Source: Schmidtea polychroa
Taxonomy: Eukaryota
DNA: 64,000 bases
Direction: 5' to 3'
NCBI GenBank assembly: GCA_044892525.1
Contig: CM097885.1
Span: 115,134,001 to 115,198,000 of the forward strand
Numbering within the stretch: position 1 is the stretch's first letter; every line of letters begins with the position of its first letter. Below are positions 23,026-32,960 of this stretch, piece after piece. Both the position numbers and the translations under genes were made by a program. Under the pieces are notes generated by a model that was not told the origin of the DNA, ran no database searches, and worked only from the letters and a program-made list of their open reading frames with translations.

Positions 23026-23228
23026 TTGATACTATGAATACCAATATCAAAAATCTTGTTGCTAATATTAAGAGCTTTGCATTCATACGCAACACTCAGT
23101 ATAGAAAATTTTTAAATCTCATCATTGCATAGGGATAATTAAAATTTTGTATAATAGGAATAGTTTTGATATAAATATGGTAATGCTTTGACAGTTAGAT
23201 AATATATAGAGAAATATGGGGGTGTGTG

Positions 23229-25965
23229 TTAGTCTTTGTATATGTGTTCCCTATATATGTGGTAGCTGCTGACTACGGCTGCTGTACAGGCTCTTTTTGC
23301 TAGAGCCTTAATTTCAGCTCTACTCAGACCAATTATTCTGAGGTCTTTGTCATTCTTCCTGTCCCAGGTACCGAGTGTACCAATAACGAGGGTAAGTAGA
23401 GAGGTCTTGCAGTTGTGTGCATGACCTATATCGATTGCTAGGTGTTTGTATTTCTCAAAATTATTATTCCTAGCTTGTTCAAAGTTTTTTTCACTTTCGT
23501 AAGGGACCTTTATGTCCAGGATATGAATCAATTTGTTCCGCGGGGTTTTGATAAGGAGGTCGGGGATGAGGGTGGTGTTGATCCCCATTGGGGTTTGTTC
23601 GATGTCTATATCGTATTTATGCTCGAGGAGGAAGTCGGAGACAGCTTGGAGGACATTTCTATGTTTGTTTCGGCGGGCATTGGATTTAGCAGGGCAGTGG
23701 TTAAATATGTGTGCCTGTGTTTCAGGATGAGCGTGGCAATGCCTACATAGGGTAGATTTCTTGGATTTAATTCGACGGGGCGTATAGTTTAATTTTAGGA
23801 TGTTGTTGCGTGCTCGGATCAGGAAGATAAATTGCGGGTCAGTTAGGATGTCCGTTTTAAAGAAGAAACTAGCGATGCTACTGCTACCAATGCTTTTGGC
23901 TATATGTCCTTGGCATTTCATTTCGGACCATCTATCAGCATAAATGAGGCTAATAATAGAGTGTATTTCGGATGAGGTGTCTTTAAGGTTGGAGGATGTG
24001 AAGTAATTAATTCGGTCTTTGTATTTAATTTCTAATTGGTAGGAATTTTTGAGGAAGACTATTTTAGTGGAGATGCCATATTTGAGTCGTAGTCTTATGG
24101 ATGATTTCCTGAATTTCGAGAAGAGAGATTTAGATGGAAAGTTTTTAGTGGAGTCGCCATTTAACCAGGAGATTGCAGAGTTGATGTTGCCATTTCCTCT
24201 GGCTTGACTGAGTTCGGATAGGGCGAGGTTGCGAAAATCAGTGTCAGTTGAGTTGAGGGCACGTATGAGGTGGACAATTCCCTGGATAAGGTATTCATCA
24301 ATGAGGGATGTTAACCCCAGTCCCCCAAGTTTGATGGATGCATATAGGAAATTGTTATTGAGCTCGCAAATTTTATCACCAATGGCATTTTTGATTATAG
24401 ATTTTAGTCTTTGGGTGGCGCCTCTATGGGGTATACCTGCATTATTTTTAAGGTTTCTTTCGGAGTCGAGAATACTGTGGTGAATTTCGCAGTTGCGGTA
24501 GATATAGGTAAGGCGAGAATGTATGAAAATTTGTAGGCATTGAGTTTTTGAGCAGGGTGCAGATGGGAGGCTAGAATTGTTTTGGTATCAGTTAAGGCAT
24601 TTTCAAGTCTCTCCTCAATGTTGTGCCTTACCTTATACGTGAAATCAACTCCAAGGTATCGGTAGAGGTTAGAGTCATCAATTCTGGGGAGGAGTTCGTC
24701 ATAAAGGCGGATTGGGCTATAATTGTCATCATGGTTGATATGAAAGTAACCGGATTTCGAGGGCTTAAATCGAAGGTTAACTTGTGAAGCCAGTTGTGTC
24801 GTTTCGCAAAGTGCTAGGTTTATAGAGTAGTACGAGTCAGAAATTAGTACAATATCATCGGCATAGGCAAGGATGCTAATGTTGTGCCCATGGAATAGAA
24901 AGGGATGGTGTTTTAAGACATGTTGAATTATGAAGTCTATACATAGGCAAAAGATTGTCATAGATAAGGGGCATCCTTGCTTAACTCCTTTAACAATGGG
25001 GACAGATGGGGAACGTTCTCCTTCACATTCAAAAATAGTTTGTACATCATTATACATGTCATTTATAAGTTTGATTGTATTTGGGTTGAGTCCCATATTG
25101 GTGAGAGTGTGCCATATAAGAGAATGGGGTAAGGATCCAAAAGCATCAGAGATATCGAGCCATATGATATGGAGGTCAGTTTTATTACGGATTGCAGCAT
25201 CTTTGACAAGGTGTAAGGTGAAATTGTGTTCAGCACATCCATCAGGTGCACATGTAGCCTTTTGGTTGTTAGACAGTGGGTTGCCGAGTTTTATCCAGCT
25301 CAAGAGGCGATTGTTTAGAAGTGAGGAGAATATACGGTATGAGGTGTTCATGATAGATATGGGTCTCCAGGAGCTAGCTTCATGGCTAGTCTCGGTCTTT
25401 CCAGCTTTTAGAATTAGTTTGGAGCGAAAGGTTTTCCAGGACATAGGGCAAGTAGTTGTGCGTAGTAGGCTGTTAAACAAGGATAGAAGGAATTCAAAGT
25501 CAGGTGATAGGATTCTCCAGTCAGATAGAGAGATGCCATCTATACCTGGGGCCGTATTGCTGAGTTGCTTGAAGATTGCCTTAATTTCATCGATGTCGAA
25601 AGGGTCGCAAGAGAGAGTTTCAGGAAGTGAGGGTAGTTCAATCAAAGGATTAGGCGAGCAACTTGCGAGTGTTCCAGCAAAGAGTTTAAGAATATTATCC
25701 ATAGTAGGTCTCTGGAAGGTTGGGGTATTTCTCAGGATCTTTGCGACTTCCTCCTTTGGGTTAATGGTATATTTTTTCTTTTTAATGAAGAGTAATTCGT
25801 TCTCATTACGGATTTTTTTATGTATTATGTCAGAGGGTTTTTTGGTAGTATATTTTAAAGGGTGGATGTTTGCATTTATTTTTTCCATTTCGGAAATAGC
25901 AGAGTCGGCATCAGTTTTGTTTTCGATGAGATTAAAAATAATATTCTTTATAAACTGCGGTTGTG
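23229..25965 (-). pseudogene. LINE RT + CCHC + restriction-like endonuclease, frameshift ~24530
   Basis: APGIDG, WRPISI, WLDISDAFGS, GVKQGCPLS, AYADD, YLGV, GGLGL; CRHC..ETQAHIFNHC, PDL..DIKVPYE..KY..GTLGTW. Confidence 0.92.
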
Positions 25966-27070
25966 TTTCTTTTAACCTTCCGTATTTGTGAATTAAATTT
26001 ATGGTTCTCCAGTTGCTCATCCTGAGTAATTCTGTATCGCGCAATTGGCTCATTAGTTCATGCATGGCTGGGGCTTGTCTCGCTATAAGCAAATCCCAGT
26101 TATCCTCAACTTGTTCTTGGATTTGCTTGATTAATTTATCTAAATTTCGTCGTAAAGTACATTGTTTTAGTTGTTCTAGTTTCAGCTTGATATTAAAATC
26201 GTATTCCGCCTTGGCGTCTTTAGCCCATTCGTGAATATTGGCGGGTTGCCTCTCCTTATGCAACTTCAATATTTGCGTTTCTCCTGGCCAAATTAATGCA
26301 TCAATTAGGTGCATATCTGGTCGGATTTGTTCTCCTTGGTATTGATATAGATACTCTTTCTTCCTCGAGCTGCCTAAATGCTCTCTTATCCAATCGAACA
26401 GTTCGTCCGTAACGGTATTTTTTATCCATATTCTCTCGAGTCCTTTACTTGTTCCGATCTTTATTACATAACGTATTGTATCTGCTTGTTTCATTTTTTC
26501 CATATACTTCTTTATTATCGCTTTCTCCTCGCTTGGTATTAAATCTTTTTCGTTTCTTTCCAGTTTCATTATCTTTTGTATGAAACGTCTATATGGTATA
26601 ATGTCAATGAATTCCTGGTTTCTTACCACCACTGGAAGTATTTCTTTTACTTGTTTTATCGCTTCTTCTCTTTCTTTTCTCAATTTCATCTCGATATTCT
26701 CATCTTCACTTTCGCTTGTTACATCACTTTCGCTCTCATCTTCATCTCCTTTTACTTCAATCTTTTCTTTTAGCTGTTCAATGTTTTCATTTAACTGTAA
26801 TATTTCTCCACCAAGGCTACTCACATAATCCTCCTCGTCATCCGTTGAAAATACTTTCTCTGTCGTCTTCATCACATTAATTCGTAAATTTCTCATTCTT
26901 GGTACTTTCTTTAGCTTTTTATTCTCGAATATTGTTAGTTCCTCTGAGTCTAATTCTTGTATCATCTCATGATTTAGATGGTTACTCTGTTTCCCGTTTT
27001 CGTTATTTTCCGTTTCCGCTTCTGTTTTGATTTTCTCGTGTTCCCTTTCGATTTTATCTTTTATCTTTTT
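25966..27070 (-). pseudogene. Gag extension, part 1: acidic coiled region and ubiquitin-like domain 1
   Basis: In frame with gag after a single TAG (27071-27073); UBL-like YQYQGEQIRPDMHLIDALIWPGETQILKL. Confidence 0.7.
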
Positions 27071-28990
27071 CTAGAATATTTTCTGAATTCTCTGGTTTCC
27101 CTTTAGCGGTGTTGTTGAATTTTCTCTTTTGCTTTCTATCATTGTTTCTTTTGGCTTCTCTGGTTCGATCATAGGTACAACTCTTGGATTTTTACCGTAA
27201 TTATAACAATATTGTTCCTTTATGTCTTTCACCATTCTCATCATATTTATCCTTAACGGTTGTTCTTGTCGTTGCCGAATTCGCTCTTGTTTTATTCTTT
27301 CTTCGTCAGCTTGTAATCTCTGCCATTCTTGTGCGTGTTGTTGTGCTTCATAATTGTTGAGATTTTCGGTGCTCCTTATCATACGTATATTCTGAGTTTG
27401 TTGTGGTACTTGTTCTTGTCTTGGTCTCATCATTTGTTGCATCATCTGCTTCATTTGTGAAATTTCTTGCATTACATTCATTTGTTTTCCCTCACTGGGG
27501 TTACTTTGTCGTTGCGGATTCGATGCATAATTATTATTTCGCTGGGGTGGTCGTTGTTGTTGGCTTCTTTCTCGGCACTCCCTCGAGATGTGACCTGGTT
27601 GACCACAGTTAAAACATGTTCTCATTTGGCATATATTTTCCGTGTGCCCTCGTCGTCCACACCTACTACAATTTGCGTTTCGGTAACAATCTCTATCCCA
27701 ATGCCCTAGTTTTCCGCATGTTCGACATTGTTTATTTTCGTTCATATTCCTCCTATTATTGGAGTTACTCCCGTTATTCATATTGTTACGATCGCTACTA
27801 TTCCCACTAGGTCGTCCTTGTGGTGGTTTGAAAATTTGGTGTGCTCCTGGTATAAATTGATTCATCTTTGGTTCATGATTGTTATGATCGCCATTCTCTG
27901 TTTTTGCCGTTGCTGTCGCGATTCTCCCCTCTTCTTGCATGACATTCATTTGCGCTGGGAGGTGAAGTTCGCATCTCGTGGCCCAATCTATGGCCTCTTC
28001 CAAGGTCTTACACATTTGGCATCCCACCGAGGCTCTTACCTCCTCTCGGCGAAGTCCTTCTATAAAATAACCAACAGGTTTTCCTCCGGTAAGTTTCCGT
28101 TCATGGCTTTCTTTGCTAATCTTCGCAATTCGCTTGCATATAACGTTATCGACTCGTTGGCTCTTTGTTTTCTACTTGCTAGTTCGTTTAATGCTTGATT
28201 TATCGGTTTGCTGGCTCCGAACGTTCTCCTCAAAAATGTTTTGATGCTTTTCCAATTGTTCAATGTCGTATTTCTTTCTTTCTCCTCTAGATACACCTCG
28301 AGTGCGCTATCGCACAAAAATAAAGGCATTCGTTTACTGATTGCTTCCTCTGTCCATCCGCACACCGTTGTGTAAACTTCAAAGTTGGTTATAAACGCTG
28401 CTAATTTATTCGCATTCCCATTGAAGGGTTCGCCTCTGAATTTCTCCTTATACTCTTCTGGTTTGCTAACATTCGTCATGATCGGTTCTTGAAGTTCTAC
28501 GATTTCTTTTAAATTATCTAACGATGTGGCTAAACTATGGGTGGATAGTTCTTCTGTTGATGCTGTTAGACTGTTCGTTATATCGGTTATACTTTCTCTG
28601 CTTCTAGATCGGCTTGGGGTAACTCGGGTTGTTGGGTTTTCTTTGTCGTCTATTGGTATTCTGGTTGTTTCGTTAGGTCCTTGCGATAATCCTCATTTAT
28701 GGCGATTTGATCTTGTTCTTTTGATGCTTTGCAATTGTTCTACTGAAAATAATGTATCGTATTGATTACTTGAGGATCTGAGCGCTCTTGAATTAGCCGT
28801 GATTTTTTCCTGTTGTCCCTTTGTCTCCTCTTGGTTTTTCTGTACTTTGGGCGGGTCCGACTTGGTTTGGATTGTTGGTTTCTCCGAATTCCTCCTGTGC
28901 AGGTTCTGAAATGCCTTAACTGGATTGCTTTTTCAGTCTTCTTCGGGTTCCTTCTGGACTGGTTCTGAATTGACTTGGTTGTATTGATAT
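27071..28990 (-). pseudogene. Gag: capsid-like domain and three CCHC zinc knuckles; frameshift ~28070
   Basis: EPFNG..AFITNFE; YFIEGL..TLEEAI after frame correction; CRTCGKLGHWDRDC, CSRCGRRGHTENIC, CFNCGQPGHISREC. Confidence 0.9.
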
Positions 28991-29654
28991 CTACAATGAA
29001 AAAATGATATCGTGTTGCATTTGCTTACACGAATCAATCATTCCTTTTTGCCACATTCAAGCACAGACACCGTTTTAAGGCCTCTGTTATGCTTCCCTTC
29101 TCCTCCCCTTATAATCTTCGTGGAATATAATTACCCATCAACCCATAATTTGCGTCGATTTTAAATTATCTATATGGGGTAGTCACAATTATCTATATGG
29201 TCGTATTAATTATCTATAATTATCATTTATAATATCGATGGTCGTTGTCGGTTACTACTTATTACCCCCCATATTTTCTTAATCCTTTTACGCGGTTCCG
29301 CTTAATCTTTCGTCTCTATTTTCCCTTTACTCGGTTCTATTCTGGAACCAAAACAAAAATCGTTTAACCGGTTTAAACTCAAAAAAAAATTCTGTAGATC
29401 TTTGTCTACTTACCTGGGATCCCTTTAATTATTTAATTATAACCATTCATTTGCATTTATTCTTTATTTTCCTCATTTCCGTAATTCATTTTCCTCTTCC
29501 TTCTTTTTTCTCACTATAATCTTATTATCATTTTCTACGAGCTCGTTTATTCCTCTCTTTATTCAAATTCCTGTTTCTCAATTTAATTCGTTTCTAGCTA
29601 GCTTTACTACTCTGTTTCCTGATTAGCTTAAATGCTATATCATTATTTCTACTA

Positions 29655-29853
29655 GGCCTTTACGACTGGCTGGCACTATTCAACAGCTCAATCTTCATTA
29701 TCCTGACCGGCTGGACTATTCACAACTCGGCCTTACGACTGGCTGGCACTTTTCCCACAGCTCAATCTTCAATATCTTCGAACTGGCTGGACTTTTCACA
29801 GCTCAGTTTTAATTTCCCTGACCGGCTGGACTTTTCCAACAGCTCGGCCTTAC
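29655..29853. repeat. Six degenerate copies of actggctgg(c)act(a/t)ttc(a)acagctc in the pre-gag leader
   Basis: Directly visible tandem array. Confidence 0.8.
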
Positions 29854-30450
29854 TATCTCCTACCCTGCATGCTTCCACTCTTTTCTCTTCTTTTTGTCCT
29901 GGGCTGTCATTTTTCCATTTTTACTTTTTATTTGTCAACCTACTCTCTGCCGCTTGAGAATGTTTTCCCCTTTCCCCCCTTGCTCAAAACGCAAAACGAT
30001 CGCATTGATCCATTTCTACATTGGTATGGTGATCAGCCATACCGTAGAAATTTTTCAATATTCGCGATGGTACCTCGCCTTACATCTCTTACTCGGGGTG
30101 ATCGGTTATCCCTTCCCAAACGGTTTTACAAATATCGTACCCCCCGAAGGTGGCTCGGTTTACTTCCCCCTTTAACCCTATATTGGGACTAGTTCCACTT
30201 TATATAATCAATTTAAACTTTTAAAAATACCCTTTCTTCATGGTGAAAATTATAATAACACAAATCAAATTATAACTTCGCATAATGAAATGAACACACA
30301 AAAATGATTTATTGGTTATCCAGCCCATGTTACATATAATATATGACATCATCATAAAACATTATCAAATTAAATCAAAACAAAAATATTAAAATGTTTA
30401 GTCTAATTGTTTAATCATTCAATTTCCTTCACCGAGCGACGATCGCGTGC

Positions 30451-30930
30451 CTAACTGAAATAGATCGTGTGCTTCTCTTTTATTACACATGTACACATAG
30501 AACAACGGATTAGACTGGCGGCGCATTTGTCACAATGGCTAAGGTGCCCACAAGGTAGAATCAGAATTCTGGCAGGTCGTGTCTTGCAAATGTTGCACGT
30601 TCTCAAGGCCGCTGCTTTTTCTATGATCAAGACTCGTATTCTCTTAGACAGAGTTTTCACTTGTTCGCGGATTCTTACGTATTCAATATTCAAGGCGGGA
30701 TCGTCGAGACGTTGCTGCATCCATTGGTAGTGGATAGATAAATCAGTATCGTTATTTGTTGATCCTAATCTGTCCGTTAAAAAGTTTTGCTTGGACATTA
30801 GTGGTGCGTTGTGGCGTTGTTGTTCTAGGATCTCTATTTGTTGCAATTTCTCCCTTAAGGTCTTTAGTGAATCGTTTTCTATGTCGACGAACCGGCTTAG
30901 TCGCTGTAAATGTTGTCGGGCTTCTGACAT
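30451..30930 (-). CDS. Accessory protein with C-terminal IAP/MDM2-type RING finger (putative E3 ligase)
   Basis: CNICKTRPARILILPCGHLSHCDKCAASLIRCSMCTCVIKEKHTIYFS* at the extreme C-terminus, as in IAP RINGs; no BIR domain seen. Confidence 0.85.
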   Translation of the reverse strand: MSEARQHLQRLSRFVDIENDSLKTLREKLQQIEILEQQRHNAPLMSKQNFLTDRLGSTNNDTDLSIHYQWMQQRLDDPALNIEYVRIREQVKTLSKRIRVLIIEKAAALRTCNICKTRPARILILPCGHLSHCDKCAASLIRCSMCTCVIKEKHTIYFS

Positions 30931-31424
30931 ATCTAAATAAATGTGTTGTCATTACTCGGTCTCACTTACAAAAATAAAAATAATATAATTGTGTTGTAAT
31001 CAATATTCGTTTGGCTTTTATTCGCTATTGTTTCTAGTTTATGTGTTTTATTCAATCTTTAACACTTCCCCCTTTTTAATTTAATAAATTAAAATTAAAC
31101 AAAATTAGCCAATTCCCGTTTTCTTTTCTCATCATACTCAATCATTAGACTCATTTTTATTCATGCATACTCCATTTCAGACACATATTGTTCGTATTGT
31201 CATTTATTACACTATAATATCACACTGATTCGGTTCGGTCCCGATTTCGTTATTATCATAATTAATTAAATTATTAAATTAACACCTCATAATACAATAA
31301 TAGGCAGTTAAACAAATCAAATTGAGTGAATCCCGGCTGAGCCCCCAAAAATCATGTTGGCATATGAGGGAGAAGAAACCCATACATACATAACCGTCAA
31401 CATACCAGACCTCATCGTTTAGCT

Positions 31425-31608
31425 CAGGCACTTCCTATGCATACGCCAAATGATCATCCGAATATTCCCACGCATGAGCCCGTGGTGATGTTCCACGTTG
31501 GTACTGCCCACACAGGTCGGAAAAGGTTAGCAGGTGAGCCCCTACTTTAGGACTACTGATAACCCCCTCGCGGTTCAGGTTCCATGGTGCCTTAGAAGGA
31601 CTTACCCC
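31425..31608 (-). ncRNA. Conserved structured motif, copy A (inside the intact element)
   Basis: GTAAGTCCTTCTA..AGTAGTCCTAA..GGGGCTCACCTGC..AGTACCAA shared with four other copies; covarying stems. Confidence 0.55.
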
Positions 31609-31899
31609 TATTCGTACATCAATCACGGTCCGATCCTGGTCCAAGGGAACGACCTTCATCCTGATTTCATTCATCTCACAGCATTATTTCGTTTATTCTG
31701 ATTTCAAAAATCAAACATACGGAAACTTCACAAGACAAAATCGAACAGAAAATATATTGACACCGACAACACAAAAGTAATTACAGCGTTACCAATGATA
31801 GGTTTAACAACATTTAATCAATTTGAACATGCAGCGTTATCGACGTTTGCAAGTTGAATCACAACTCGAAGAGAAATCGAGATCGAACGTAGGTTGTTT

Positions 31900-32661
31900 C
31901 TAGGTAAAGTTTTCCCCGTCGGCGATTATCTCATCGATGTCGACAGGCAATCGACAATCCGATATAAACCTGATGCCATTGGCCGGGACAATACGAAAAA
32001 CTTCCTTCGAGGGAATCGAATGGGTAGATGATATTTCGGTTAATTTTGACTGCGCTGCAGACAATGATGCTTCGAGCGTCTTTATCGCATCTCTGCGTTT
32101 TTTATTCTTCTCGGCCCTGGTTGGATGCTTGCGTTTTCGGGGTGACGGATTTTCTTCTCCAACCGTGATGACAGTAGGTGCCACGAGAATCGGGGCCAGA
32201 ATTGGGTCAGATGGACCACCTTTCATTGGTAGGTATCCTGACAGCACTGAGGCTGGGATGGGCGGTAGATGTGAACCGTGCCCTTGACAAGTTGTGGTGG
32301 AGGTTGTAGATGGCTGATGGTGGAGAGGGAAAACGTTTGTTCCGTCGATGACAGGAAACTCGCGCACTCGCTTGGCTAATTCTGCCTCCGTATAGACTTT
32401 GTGGAGGGCTTCGGGCTGGGCCTTTATCGTCAATCGTTGATTACGACTCTCCTCCAGGAGGCTATCGCGACAATGCTCCAGTCGCAGGATCTTGCTACGC
32501 TCCTCCTTCATTTGTGGCGGGGAGAACCACGTGCCTTCGTAAAGGTCAATTCTCTTTTTCAGTGCCCCGATGTAGAGTTGAAGCTGCGCGATGTCAGCAT
32601 TTTTATCAGCGCAGGAAAGACAAGGACGAAGAGCGTTTCCAGATTGGATGGGCGTAGTCAT
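31900..32661 (-). CDS. ORF-X, 253 aa: CxxC, coiled coil, basic patch; unknown function
   Basis: Open ORF with homologues at 36.3, 39.75, 45.3 and 50.0 kb. Confidence 0.75.
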   Translation of the reverse strand: MTTPIQSGNALRPCLSCADKNADIAQLQLYIGALKKRIDLYEGTWFSPPQMKEERSKILRLEHCRDSLLEESRNQRLTIKAQPEALHKVYTEAELAKRVREFPVIDGTNVFPLHHQPSTTSTTTCQGHGSHLPPIPASVLSGYLPMKGGPSDPILAPILVAPTVITVGEENPSPRKRKHPTRAEKNKKRRDAIKTLEASLSAAQSKLTEISSTHSIPSKEVFRIVPANGIRFISDCRLPVDIDEIIADGENFT

Positions 32662-32960
32662 TCTAGAATTTTAATCAATAGTTTATGTTCATATCATTCC
32701 CTCCTATTCACAATCATTCAGTTACAACACATTCAGGCAAATTTTACTCAGTCTAGAGACTTTGGAAAGAAAACGGGGAAATGCTTGAAAACTAATTCAT
32801 TCGACGTAAGATCAACATTTAATTTAGGTTGGATGGTTCCCACCTATTACTCCCTTTTGATTTTTAGTAATTATGAATTCTACATTTTTACTTTTCGAGA
32901 AAATAATAATTGAACAATCCAACTCTTAGCATCGTGGATAGTTGATTTGGGTATGCCCAC

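Larger units (their letters stand above)
21218..25965 (-). mobile_element. 5'-truncated non-LTR retrotransposon (NeSL/Utopia/R5-like, RLE endonuclease) with long 3' UTR and T-tract end
   Basis: 5-bp TSD TTTCT at 21213-21217 and 25966-25970; RT and RLE domains inside. Confidence 0.85.

Noticed and set aside
21590-23095. ORFs across the minisatellite, the 86-bp array and the N gap
   Set aside because: Translations of tandem repeats and gap characters.
2360-28765. Many plus-strand F/L/S-rich ORFs opposite the element's genes
   Set aside because: Antisense shadows of purine-rich minus-strand coding sequence.
31435-31674. The motif as a small protein-coding gene
   Set aside because: The frame is not kept between copies (indels, stops), whereas base pairing is.
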